This document shows positions 49,491-62,715 of a stretch of 64,000 nt of DNA, one piece after another. The notes beneath the pieces are model-generated. The model was not told the DNA's origin and did no database searches. It was given only the letters and a program-made list of their open reading frames with translations. The stretch is taken from the NCBI RefSeq assembly GCF_963921235.1, contig NC_086097.1, positions 234,362,001 to 234,426,000 of the forward strand. Reading direction: 5' to 3'. Both the position numbers and the translations under genes were made by a program. Within the stretch, counting starts at the first letter, position 1. Each line of letters starts with the position of its first letter. This DNA is from Mobula hypostoma (lineage: Eukaryota).

Positions 49491-51284
49491 TTATATTTAC
49501 TTAATGCATTTGTATGGCATAGGTCTGTCTCTACTGAAAGTAGAAGCACAAATATTCACTTCAGTAAATTAATTGTCACCTCTTAGATTGATACGGTGCC
49601 TATGATGATGACGATGTGTGATATTTTAATTATCCCAACATGGCTACAGTGTAATCTCTGAAATGAGGCAAAGAATTTGATATTATTCCATTTAAATCAA
49701 TGCATGTCAATCAATTTTCAAACTGAAATGGTGAATGTTGCCATGTCTAATCAATTCCCCTAATTTCTTAGAAATAATCTGCAGTATATCAGCATTTATC
49801 AGTCCAGCTGCAACAGTAAACATTTTATTTTCCTGTCACTTGAAAACAATTTGAATAGTAAGTACTTTAATCCCAAAATAGGTCTTCGACAAGAATGGAT
49901 TTAATAGCTCTAGTACCAACACAGTTCAATCATTAAACAAATTATGGATGTACCTTCTATCATTATTTAAATATTAATTTAGATCAGCTAGTGTATATCT
50001 TTAGAGGCGAGAACGATGACATTAGCACCAAGGACACTTGCAAATTTCTACAATGTACTGTGGAGTGTCATGAGCCCTCTAGGTTTAAGCATTGAGCACC
50101 TGTATTTACTAATCAATATCTTACCTAGAGTTGTTAAACTCTTGTGTTTTCCATTTAATCTTGTTAAGGTAATTGTGGTTGGCACACGTCCCCCGCATCC
50201 TATGATTATTTGAAGAGGTGTCCCATTATAGTGGGGTCATTGTGTCAGAGAGGATGAATTGCCTCAAGGTGTCACTTAAATATGATCTGAGGTTCCCATT
50301 CTGATATTAACCCCTTGTTTCCATCTTTTCCTGGGGATTCCTCCATTCCTCCGCACCTGGGTCCAGTCCTTCGAGGACGCACATTGACAATGGAGAGCAT
50401 TCTAAATGGCTACATCACCGTCCGGTATGTTGGGGCGGGGGGTGCTATTATGCAGGAATTAAGCTGCCGAGAGTTGTAAACTTAATCAGCTCCATCATGG
50501 GCAGTAACCACCAGAGTATCCAGATGTTTTCAAGGAGTGAAGCCCCCAAAAGGCACATTCATCATTAAGAACCCCCATCACCCAGGTCATGCCTTCTTCT
50601 TAGCTACTATCAGGGAGGAGGTATAGGAGCCTGAATGCACACAATGTGATTCAGGAACAGCTGAATTTCTGAATGGACATTGAACCCATGAACACTACCT
50701 AGCTGCTTTTTAAACTTGTTTTAAATTTTTGCACGATGTATTTAATTTAATTATTTAATATACATAGGTGCTGTAATTTGTTTGTCTGTTATGTATTGCA
50801 TTGTACTGCTGCCGCAAACACAAGTTTCACAACATATGCTGGTAATATTAAACGTGATTCTGATTCTAATGTATGCATCTTCACTGCCCTGATGTTCCTG
50901 GGTTGAATGAAGAGCCAGTGAAATGGCATCTCCTGCGGAGCTGTTGTGCTGTTAGGCAAATTAGAGCCAATCCAAGCCGCTACTCAGGCTGAGAGTTAAT
51001 ACGTTCCATAACAACCTGACTTTGATTCTGATCAGATTGATATACTTTCCCATCATTTATAATGCTATAGTATCCATGTGCATGGGGAGGTAAAAGTGTC
51101 AGTGGATAGGTTCAATCTCAACCTTAATCATTAACATGCTAACCTGTATGACTTTGGGAGGTGGGAGGAAACCACACCATGTGGAGGAAATACACATGTT
51201 GAAAGCGAAGAGGTAGAAATTCTTACAGACAGCGGCAGGAATAGAATCCCATTTGCAGATGCTGTAAAGGGTGGTTGGGTGGAG

Positions 51285-51500
51285 ATGAGTCACTACCGAA
51301 GGAGGTGTAAGGTGCTCCTTCTCTCCGCCAACCTACAAGTCACCCTTGGGCAAGTTGTAGCCCCGCCCTCCCAATCAGGGCTGCTGCATATCACAAGTCC
51401 TGGTTATGCAAACACCGACACCAGGCAGACAATCTCTAAGGAGTATTGGTAATGGCTGGGGTCACCCGTCTTGTAAAGACACTAGCCAGAAGAAGACTTT
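51285..51500. mobile_element. Non-coding interspersed repeat; longer copy at about 61745-62040
   Basis: Shared ggaggtgtaaggtg.tccttc...gcatatcacaagtcctggtta...aatggctgggg..acc.gtct.gtaaagacact. Confidence 0.65.
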
Positions 51501-54273
51501 GGCAACTTCTGCAGAAAGCCTACTTGCATTTACCCTATCTATACCCCTCATAATGTTGTACATCTGTATCTCCTACATTCCAAGGAATAAAGTCCTATCT
51601 TACTCAATCTTTCCTTATAACTCAGATCTTCCAGTCCTGGCAACATCCTTATAAATGTTCTCTGGACTTTTTCAACTTTGTTTACATCTCTCCTGTAGGT
51701 AGGTGATCAAAACTGCACACAGTACTCCAAATTAGGCCTCACCAATGCCTTATACAACTTCAACATAACATCCCATCTTGTGTACTCAGTGCTTTGATTT
51801 ATGAAGGCTACTGTAACAAAAGCTTTCTTTATGACCCTGTGAAAGCAAATTTGAATGAATATAGATCTGATGATCTGAGATCCTGACTACTGGAGAATCA
51901 TGGTCTCTGAACAATCATCTTTTATTATCAGACCCAGGTGTATTTTTATGCACAAAATATGCATTGAAATGGCCAGGGTAGGGTGTGCTAGTAAGAACTG
52001 TCTGCTGAAACTGTACCCATGTGTAAATAGTCTGGCTCATTCGGTACCTATTCACTTTGCCGTGATTGATGTTTTCCTACACAAACTGCATTCCTAGTGA
52101 TGTTTCCAGTTGGGCATCACATGAAACCTTTACTGTTGCCAGGACGTTGAACTTCTGGTCTCCCTGAAACCTTCATTGTTTTTGGCAGATAAACCACGGG
52201 TAGATGCCATTGTGATTGGCAGTGAGATGGCAACTTAAATTTGCATCAACATCATCCACACCATCTTTTCAATTATCAGCATTACAGAAAAGGTTTCTGT
52301 TAACCACATTTTATTGTTTACTGTTTGCATGATTTGTATTTTTTTCTGCACTTTGGGTGTTTAATGGTCTCCTTTTTCTCAATGGGTTCTTTTGGATCTT
52401 TGTTTTGTGGCTGCTTGTAAGGAGACAAATCTCAAGGTTGTATAATGTGTACATACTTCAATACTAACTTTGAACTTTGAACATTTTATTTCAAAGCATT
52501 TCTAAGCTTAATGCTATGATTATTGTTCCCTTGTATTAATGATCACACTACATTGGCTTGGACTTCACTCATCATGATGGAGTCAACTAGAGCAGTGAAC
52601 CACATGGTGGAGTTGTAAAGCTCACTGAATACTGATAAGTGCCTTGTCCCTCATTTCTCTACAATCTGCCCAGCATTGTGGGCACGCTATGTTGGCACCA
52701 GAGAGTGTGGCAACACTTTCAGGATGGGCCTCAGATTGCCTTTGGGTGTGTTACTTGCGACCACAAACATTGCATTTCAATATCTGCTTCACTGAACATT
52801 TGAATCTTGAATCTTTTCTTTTGGCAGCAGTGGGCTGTTACAATGGGAAGGATCCTTTCTAGAATTTGCAGTCTATCTTGAAAACTAGCCTCCCCTCCAT
52901 CTTCTCTATCTGCACTGCCTGCTGCCTCGGAAAAGCAGCCAACGTAATCCAAGGCCCCTCCCACCTCATCCATTCTCTTTTTCCCTTCCCCTTCCACTAG
53001 GCAGAAGATACAAAAGTTTAGAAAAACGTACCACCCATCTCAAGGACAGTTTCTAACTTCAAGTGATCAGAATCTTGTACAATTAAGTTACATTCCTAGT
53101 TTCTCAGTTTACCCCATCATGACTCTGACAGATTAATTGTCTACCTGCGCTGAACTTTCTCCATTACTGTGGTAGACATTCTGCATTTTGTTAATTGTTT
53201 TCCTTATGCACGACCTCGATGTACTTTGAAATGAGCTGGCTAAACAGCACGCAAAGTTTTCACCGTAAGTAGTAAGTGACAATAATAAACTAAATATGAC
53301 TTATTAATTATGTGTAAATAATGACATGGCAGCTGTAATCTAATACATAGTAACAGATTTACCTCACAAATCTCCTTTAAACATTCCCACTCTGATATTA
53401 AAGCTTTGTCCTCATGGATTTGACATTGAGGGGACGAAATAAAAATAATATACCTTATCTCGGTGGGCTCCATTAGTCAGGGTTGACCATAAATTTTGTG
53501 TCCTAGACATGCAAGCTAGGCTAATACACTATGGAGAGCAAGCTATTGTCCATGCAGCAAGCTTCCCCTTCTTCATGCATCTGATGAACTCAAAGGAACG
53601 GCAGAGACTGATACAGTTTGGCACCAACAGAGTCACAAGAATTGCCAGTCAATGTTCAACTTAACATAGAACTGCATTAGGGACTCCAACTCTGGATTTT
53701 TCCCTCGGGGTTTACTCTCGAAGCCTTCTGTTTGAGTGGGTATAGTTGCAAGGTAGCGGAGGTTTGAGAGTTCCTAATCCTAGGACAGAAGCCAGACACA
53801 GTTAATGAGTCCCAATCTGCCCAGAGCAATTGGTTTTAAGGTGCCGGTAAACCAACTTTGCCACTTTTCCTGTCAGCAGAACTAGTTCTACCACTCAGCT
53901 CAGAAACACATGAAGGGCATGAGCTGGACTTTGTTGTCAGAGCTGATTGAGATGCACGCCACTGGGTACATTTAACATGTATTGGGAGCTTGTCCCCATT
54001 ACCATCTCCCAGCTATAACAACCTTAAAGAACCTTACCTACGCATCTCATGATGTTATAAATCTATCCCAGTCTCCCTTAAGCCTCTAGTGTTCCAGCGG
54101 AAACAATCCAAGTTTGTCCATCATCTCCTTATAGCAAATCCAGGCAGCACCCTGGTGAACATTTGATGCACCCTCTCTAAAGGGTTCCACATCTTTGCTG
54201 TAATGGGGTACTAGACCCACATGCAATACTCCAACCTGGAATCAGATTTGGCACAGGATGAGCTTTACATGAT

Positions 54274-56358
54274 ATAGAAACATAGAAACATAGAAAATAG
54301 GTGCAGGAGTAGGCCATTCGGCCCTTCGAGCCTGCACCGCAATTTATTATGATCATGGCTGATCATCCAACTCAGAACCCTGCCCCAGCCTTCCCTCCAT
54401 ACCCCCTGATCCTCGTAGCCACAAGGGCCATATCTAACTCCCTCTTAAATATAGCCAATGAACTGGCCTCAACTGTTTCCTGTGGCAGAGAATTCCACAG
54501 ATTCACCACTCTCTGTGTGAAGAAGTTTTTCCTAATCTCGGTCCTAAAAGGCTTCCCCTCTATCCTCAAACTGTGGCCCCTCGTTCTGGACTTCCCCAAC
54601 ATCGGGAACAATCTTCCTGCATCTAGCCTGTCCAATCCCTTTAGGATTTTATACGTTTCAATCAGATCCCCCCTCAATCTTCTAAATTCCAACGAGTACA
54701 AGCCCAGTTCATCCAGTCTTTCTTCATATGAAAGTCCTGCCATCCCAGGAATCAATCTGGTGAACCTTCTTTGTACTCCCTCTATGGCAAGGATGTCTTT
54801 CCTCAGATTAGGGGACCAAAACTGCACACAATACTCCAGGTGTGGTCTCACCAAGGCTTTGTACAACTGCAGTAGTACCTCCCTGCTCCTGTACTCGAAT
54901 CCTCTCGCTATAAATGCCAGCATACCATTCGCTTTTTTCACCGCCTGCTGTACCTGCATGCCCACTTTCAATGACTGGTGTATAATGACACCCAGGTCTC
55001 GTTGCACCTCCCCTTTTCCTAATCGGCCACCATTCAGATAACAATCTGTTTTCCTATTTTTGCCACCAAAGTGGATAACTTCACATTTATCCACATTAAA
55101 TTGCATCTGCCATGAATTTGCCCACTCACCAAACCTATCCAAGTCACCCTGCATCCTCTTAGCATCCTCCTCACAGCTAACACTGCCACCCAGCTTCGTG
55201 TCATCTGCAAACTTGGAGATGCTGCATTTAATTCCCTCATCCAAGTCATTAATATATATTGTAAACAACTGGGGTCCCAGCACTGAGCCTTGCGGTACCC
55301 CACTAGTCACCGCCTGCCATTCTGAAAAGGTCCCATTTATTCCCACTCTTTGCTTCCTGTCTGCTAACCAATTCTCCACCCACACCAATACCTTACCCCC
55401 AATACCGTGTGCTTTAAGTTTGCACACTAATCTCCTGTGTGGGACCTTGTCAAAAGCCTTTTGAAAATCCAAATATACCACATCTACTGGTTCTCCCCTA
55501 TCCACTCTACTAGTTACATCCTCAAAAAATTCTATGAGATTCGTCAGACATGATTTTCCTTTCACAAATCCATGCTGACTTTGTCCGATCATTTCACCGC
55601 TTTCCAAATGTGCTGTTATCACATCCTTGATAACTAACTCCAGCAGTTTCCCCACTACTGACGTTAGGCTAACCGGTCTATAATTCCCCGGTTTCTCTCT
55701 CCCTCCTTTTTTAAAAATTGGAGTTACATTAGCCACCCTCCAATCCTCAGGAACTAGTCCAGAATCTAACGAGTTTTGAAAAATTATCACTAATGCATCC
55801 ACTATTTCTTGGGCTACTTCCTTAAGCACTCTAGGATGCAGACCATCTGGCCCTGGGGATTTATCTGCCTTCAATCCCTTCAATTTACCTAACACCACTT
55901 CCCTACTAACATGTATTTCGCTCAGTTCCTCCATCTCACTGGACCCTCTGTCCATTACTATTTCTGGAAGATTATTTATGTCCTCCTTAGTGAAGACAGA
56001 ACCAAAGTAATTATTCAATTGGTCTGCCATGTCCTTGCTCCCCATAATCAATTCACCTGTTTCTGTCTGCAGGGGACCTACATTTGTCTTTACCAGTCTT
56101 TTCCTTTTTACATATCTATAAATGCTTTTACAGTCCGTTTTTATGTTCCCTGCCAGTTTTCTCTCATAATCTTTTTTCCCCTTCCTAATTAAGCCCTTTG
56201 TCCTCCTTTGCTGAACTCTGAATTTCTCCCAGTACTCAGGTGAGCCACTTTCTCTGGCTAATTTGTATGCTTCTTCTTTGGAATTGATACTATCCCTAAT
56301 TTCTCTTGTCAGCCACGGGTGCACTACCTTCCTTGATTTATTCTTTTGCCAAACTGCC
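54274..56358 (-). mobile_element. CR1 family A, 5'-truncated, with an uninterrupted RT frame of about 660 codons
   Basis: ORF 54372-56360 is open through FADD to the natural stop. Near-identical to 3289-4890, with a (ttctatgt)n tail. No endonuclease domain and no ATG start. Confidence 0.96.
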
Positions 56359-57519
56359 ACGTCTGCATGTTTTTACTCTGGCAGCCACGATTGAGTATTC
56401 TAACCATTCATATGGTTTAAGCCATTGGACCAGCTTGCAGAACCAGAAGATCATGAAACTGAGATGAGAAAGCTTAAGATAGATATCAATCAATTATTGA
56501 AGATTCTTCAGAGAATAAATGCCGGTGATAGCTGTGGAGATTAGAACATGAGATGAAGCTTAGTGGAAAATGTGAAGAGAAAGCTCAGATTTAATTTCAA
56601 AAGGTCAATGCACAGGGGGAGCTGATATCCATAGAGGAAGTAGCAGAGATTGTATTAGTACTTGAAATAAAATTTTAGATTTATATGAAATTTAGTATCA
56701 ATATTTCTTGGGAAAGACAAAATAAATTGAAACATTATAATTCAGGTGACTAATTTTTCAGCAACTATTTAACATGATATTAAATAAGGAAGTAGTTCAT
56801 CTAGCTTATGGAATAATTGATGAATATTTCTTGGAATAATGAGATAAATATTTTGTTCTCAAGGGATTCTTTAATCCTATCCAAGATCTTACTTCAACAT
56901 GACATTAAAATATAATGTACGTGACTGTGGAATGGAAGTGCCAGGTTTCTGATTGAAGTCTCTGAACTAGGGCTTCAACTTACATCAGTCCAACTTAGAG
57001 ATGAGACTGTTGCTTCTGAACCAAGTTTTGCACCTTGGGGAAAAGGATTTGGAGCTATTTAATTCACAATAGGAACCCAGAAGCAGAATTGATCAATTTA
57101 ATCTCCATCAGGCATTGCTGAGTGAGAGAAAAATAAAGGAATACTGAATTTTCTTTCAGTAATGAGATGATGGCCCCCACAATATTTTGGAACTTGTCTC
57201 AGTTTGCTACTGTATATTCAGCTGAACTTTTGTATAAAAGGTGTAAATAATTAGTAACACCCATTTAGGTAATTTCACTTCAGCCTTTACTAACCTCTTG
57301 CTGATTTTGGAGTGAGAGATTAAAAATTCCCCAGTTTTAATACTACATTCAGTGAGTATATTTTGAATGCCCAGCTGAGTGTCCATTATAACCATATAAC
57401 AATTACAGCACGAAAACAGGCCATCTCGGCCCTTCTAGTCCATGCCGAACTCTTACTCTCACCTAGTCCCACCGACCTGCACTCAGCCCATAACCCTTCA
57501 TTCCTTTCCTGTCCATATA

Positions 57520-57922
57520 GCTGTCGAAGATCCTCACCACACAGGCCATGTTCTTTTGTCCCTGCTGCCATCAGGTAGAAGGTACAAGTGCCTCAGGGCT
57601 CACACAGCCAGGTTCAAGAACAGTTACTATCCATCACCCATCAGGCTCTTGAACAAAAGAGGAAAACTACACTCATTCTATTCAGATGGTCTTACTTTAA
57701 GGACTCCTTATTTTGTTATTTCATGCTCTCGTTATTTATTGATATTTATATTTGCATTTGCACAGTTTGTTGTCTTCTGTGCTCTTGCTCTTTCATTGAT
57801 CCCTGTTATAGTTATTATCCTATAGGTTTGCTCAGTATGCCTGTAGAAAAAAGAATCTCAGGGTTGAATGTGGTGATATGTATGTAGTCCAATAATAAAT
57901 TTTACTTCAACTTTGAACTTTG
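57520..57922 (+). mobile_element. Rex1/Babar 3' end; similar fragments at about 27680-28000, 50390-50870, 52900-53290, 63050-63500 and 63655-64000 (-)
   Basis: DPHHTGHVLLSLLPSGRRYKCLRAHTARFKNSYYPSPIRLLN, with an (aactttg)n tail. Confidence 0.75.
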
Positions 57923-58005
57923 AGCAGGTGGATACAAGCATGTGTTAAAGGGAGGGGAACATTTTGATAATTGTATGCTCTTCAGTAATCTGCAGGTTTA
58001 TGTTC

Positions 58006-58665
58006 ATAAGCTAAATGTGGCCTCACCACGATAGTGGAGGAGGCCATGGATGGACATATCGTAATGGGAATGGGAAGTGGAATTAAAATGGGTGGCTACT
58101 GGGAGGTCCTGCTTTGTCTGGCAGATGGAGCGTAGGTGCTCGGCAAAGCAGAATCCTAATCTACATCGGGTCTCTCCGATATACAGGAGGCCACATTGAG
58201 AGCACCGGTTGGAGGAACAAAACCTTATATTCTGTTTGGGTAGCCTCCAGCCTGATGGCATGAACATTGATTTCTCAAACTTCTGGTAGTGTCTCCCCCC
58301 TTCACCTTTTCCCATCCCCTTTTTCTTCTCTCACCTTATCTCCTTGCCCACCCTCGCCTGCTCTCAGGTGCTCTTCCCCCCTTTTCTTTCTTCCATGGTC
58401 TTCTGTCTCTTTCACCAATCAACTTCCCAGCTCTTTACTTCATCCCTCTCCCCTTCAGGTTTCACCCATCACCTTGTGGTTCTCTCTCCCCTTGCTCCAT
58501 CTTTCAAATCTACTCCCCAGCTCTTTTCTCCAGTCTTGCCGAAGGGTTTCAGCCTGAAACATCGACCGCATCCTTTTCCATAGATGCTAGCTAGCCTCCA
58601 TGTTCCTCCAGCATTTTGTGTGTGTTATTTAGATTTCCAGCATCTGCAGATTGTCCTTTTGTTTA
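58006..58665 (+). mobile_element. Penelope-like 3' fragment with an inverted 5' segment
   Basis: 58006-58208 on the minus strand encodes RCSQCGLLYIGETRCRLG..HYRGEATFSL. From 58209 the plus strand encodes LEEQNLIFCLGSLQPDGMNIDF, followed by the terminal repeat with a decayed hammerhead (58531-58568). Confidence 0.8.
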
Positions 58666-61369
58666 TGATCCAACCCATTGTATGCAGATCATCAAAAATA
58701 TAACTTTTCACTCTATTGCTTAAACAGTTCGACTTTTTATGCGATTGGTTAAGTAAGTTCTGTTAAGTTGTTGATATTCTTTATTTGTTATTAATTTTCA
58801 ATGATAGGGATGGGTTAACACATACAAATTTTAAGAGAATAGTGGGAACTACAGGCAACTTTGTACATGCAGCCAATGCAAGTCAGCTGGAAAGCATGCA
58901 TCAGTGTCTTGGTGTTAATGAAGGGAAATGCTGGAGCACACTCACACTCTTTAGGTATGGTACAGATGAATCTTGGAATAGGACTGCTCTGATAACAGAA
59001 ATTCTCCCTTGCAGGACTTACAAGTCACTACCCTGAATTTATGTGATTAAAAAGATAACTAAATAAATACAGTTCTTTTCAACTGGCTTCTCTTGGTGCA
59101 TGCACAGATAATACAGCTTCATAGAAAGAGACACTTTGGCCCATCTAGTCCATGTTGATCTGTTCTCTGCCTCGATGCATCTACCCACATCTGGACATAG
59201 CCCTTCATATCCCTCTCATCCACGTACCTGTCTAATTTTCTCTCAAATGTTGTAATTGAACCTGCATCTGTTATCTTCGCTGTTAGCACATGTTACAGGA
59301 AAAAGCAATTCCGACAGTTTTCCTTCACAATCTTCTCAGCCCCAAACTGTATTGCTCATGTTTACTTTGTGTACTTTGGGCTCCCTACTCATTATCTGCT
59401 ACTACATGTGCGTGAGAACATAGGGCCATTGCTTCAACTAGGAAGCAAGAACTCAAATTGTGACACTGCAGTTTAGCTGGAATATTAATGTATATCTTAT
59501 GAAATACTCAGCCTGGAAGTGATCTTTACAGTATTTCATATCTTAATGGCTTGATCTGAGTATGATCATCTTCAAGTTCCTGGTAATAACTGGCCCAGTT
59601 CTAAAGGTGAAGGATCCAAAATGAATAAACTCGCCGAAATATTCCAAGTGCTGATTTCAATTTATGGCTGCAGCCCAGAGCAGATTTCTATAACTTGCCT
59701 GATTTACAGACAAACAGGGTGGAAATCTTAACTTTAAATTAAAATTCAAGGATATAAATTTACCAGCATTTACACTGCACTAGGCAATGTGACAACATAA
59801 AAGACTCACAGGAAGTCTACTTCAGGCACACATATAAGGAAATGCAAATACTGCACATTTTGTTGGAAACTAGATCACACCGAAATTTTGACCAATGTAA
59901 GACTGAAAACGGGAGACTTTTACATCTCAAGCAGCAACTGTGGGGAAAAGTAAAAGCATTTTTCTTTCAGAAGGAGGGCTATTGATGTCTTCGGCAAAAG
60001 ATGAGAGAGAAGGGCTGGTGTTCAGCTGGCTGCTTGCAAGGTTTACTTGTCTTTGAGCTGAACTGAGGCTGTGCCCTGCAGCAAACAAGTTTCTGGATCG
60101 GCTGTGACTGGCTTTGTGGCAGTGGACTCCCTTTCGCGAACTTTAGCTCAAAATGTTATTTGTTTACGTTTATATTGTTTGCATGATCTGCTTTTTTTTC
60201 TGCACATTGGGTGTTTGAGCGTTTTCTTTTTTAATGGGTTCGATTGGGTTTCTTTGTTTTGTGGCTGCCCGTAAGGAGACAAGTCTTAAGTTTATATATA
60301 GTATCCATACTTTGATAATAAATGTACTTTGAACTTTGAGATCAATAACCTATTATTGGGTACGAGTATCAAGGGATGCAGAGTAATACATGGAGGTAGG
60401 GTACAAATCAGGAAGTGTCCCTCTGAAATTTCAGGAATTATTTGATTAAATAATTTTATTACTTCTTTTAAATTATGACTATCATTTCACAATTTAAGTT
60501 GCTTGTTCTTGACTTATAGGTTTTGATGGCATTGTAGTTCAGTGGTTAGTGCAGCGCTTTACAGTGCCAGCTGTTAAATTATTTGGGATTTATTTCCTGC
60601 CGTTGCTTGTAAGGGGTTTGTACATTCTCCTCGTGATTGTGTGGGCTTCCTCTGAGTGATCAGGAAGAAGCACTTCCCAGCAAACAACACTACCCAGGGC
60701 GACATCCTCCAGAAGGTCCACAAAACTACTTATTTCACTTATTTTTTATATCTCCTTTGCTCTCAGGTATAGTTATGGTACTATTGGGGGCTATTAGCTG
60801 ATGGCGTGTTTTTAGGCCGATTGAGTGATCTGGTGCTTTGCTGTCTCTAAGGGTGTTCGCTGAGGAGGCATGTGGCCTCGAGGCTATATATATGTGTTTC
60901 TGGTTTCTGGTCCCTCCTCTTTCTGTTGCTATTCTGAGTGATATTGAATCAGAATGGCTTGCAGGTAATAAACACTAAGCTGAACTGAATTATGCCTGGA
61001 CTCTTTCAATTTCCTGTGTTATATTCTGTGTTCATTGTTTGTTTCTTTTTGTTGCCATTTGCATTTTTTTTTTGTTTTTGGGGGGTACAGTTTGTAAAGA
61101 TGTGAGCATGCTGCGTTGGCACCAGAAGTGTGGCAATCCTTGTGGGATGCCCCCAGCATATCCACAGACTGCATTGGTCACTGACACAAATGACGCATTT
61201 CACAGTATGTTTCAATATTCCTTTGTACATGTGACAAACGTAGATGATCTTAATCTTATAGCCAAATGGGATCTTGTAACTCCAAGGCTAGATTTGATCG
61301 TCTGCTATAGAACACTTACTAACATAAATTAGTAATGAGCTGATTGAGGAATTCAACACTCCAAAAAGG

Positions 61370-61700
61370 TGCTCCTTCCATGATCTACACAGGACTTTTG
61401 TACGCTCCCAATCAATAGGTTCAAGATGCTCCATGTCATCCTTCTTCAGCTTCAGCAGTGCTGGGTCAGGAGGAGTGTTACACTTCAAGGAAGCTTGGAG
61501 CACAGCCCTCAAACTTTTCCTCTGTTCGCCTGGTAATCTCTCCCAGTAAAGAGAATATACATACTGGGGACTCAGTTCCATATACAAATAAGGTAATCTG
61601 ACCATCTGGGACATCTGCGTGCAATAAAATCTTCAGAGCTGAGGTGTTGGCTTGGGAAAACAATGCTGATGTTGGCTCACTTATCCTGGCTTTGGATTTA
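61370..61700 (-). mobile_element. Very old RTE-clade LINE C-terminal remnant
   Basis: YSLYWERLPGEQRKSLRAVLQASLK resembles the RTE motif G.R..GGQRKR.KD.LK.SLK. Confidence 0.5.
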
Positions 61701-62384
61701 GAGGATTTTATGGAGATACTATTGCTGATATATTGTGGGTGACAGGGTGCATCTCCAAAGGAGGTGTAAGGTGATCCTTCCCTCTGCTAGCCTGCAGGTC
61801 ACCTGTGGGCACTGTGTAGCACCCGCTTGCAGGTGGTGGATGGCCGTATGAGCAGCTGGTGCATATCACAAGTCCTGGTTAGGTGACCACTGACACCAAA
61901 CAGATAATCGCTGGAGAGTACCGATAATGGCTGGGGTTACCTGTCTGTAAAGACACTGCCCAGAAAAAAAGCAATGGCAAACCACTTCTGTACAACAATC
62001 ATGGTCATATCATAAGACATGGCACATAACGGATGAATGATTGCTGATGGCCGACTGAAGTTTAGAGCTGCCTGCTGTAGTTGTTCTGGCCTCAAAAGCT
62101 TACAGGAGGGCTTCTTGATAGACCATGGCTTTTTGTGCAGAGGTTATGGTCCCAATTATCAGATAAGAAAATGCCGTTTTAGTGTACTAAAGGCAAGGTT
62201 CAATTTCCTCACTGGTGTTTGGCTTCATTAAGATATGGCTCCTAACATAATGATCTTAATGAGGAAAAGTCCACACTTTCCAGAGTCTTGTCATGGACCA
62301 TTAGTGAAGTGCAGGATGGTGACAAATCTTTGTTTTGTGGATATTAACTGTAAGGCCTATTCTTCTGGTACTTTTTTTTAATTT

Positions 62385-62715
62385 TCCCCTTCCCTTGCCT
62401 GTCCTTCTATTCCCTTCTCTAGTATTTTATCTCTTCTTCTCACCTGCCTATCACCTCCCATTGGTGCCCCTCCCTTCCCTTTCCCCTCTGGTCCACTCTC
62501 TTCTCCGGTCCTTTGCCTTTCCCACCCATGTGGCTTCACCTATCATCATCTACCTATCCTCTTTCAACGCCCCCCACCTTTTTATTGAGGTGTCTTCCAT
62601 CTTCCTTTCCAGTCCCGATGAAGGGTCCAGGTCTGAAATGTCAACTCTTCATTCAGTTCCATAGATGCCGCCTGACCTTCTGATTTTCTCCAGCCTTTTG
62701 TGTGCGTTGCTCTAT
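62385..62715 (+). mobile_element. Penelope-derived terminal repeat with a decayed hammerhead motif (62610-62647)
   Basis: Pyrimidine-rich tract, then cagtc-CCGATGA-agggtccaggtct-GAAAT-GTC-aact and atagatgc..cctgacc...ccagc.ttttgtgtg. Confidence 0.65.

Noticed and set aside
54349..55464. Long + strand ORFs (230 aa, 134 aa) that recur antisense in other CR1 copies
   Set aside because: They are antisense shadows of the CR1 RT frame, and their recurrence simply reflects repeat copies.
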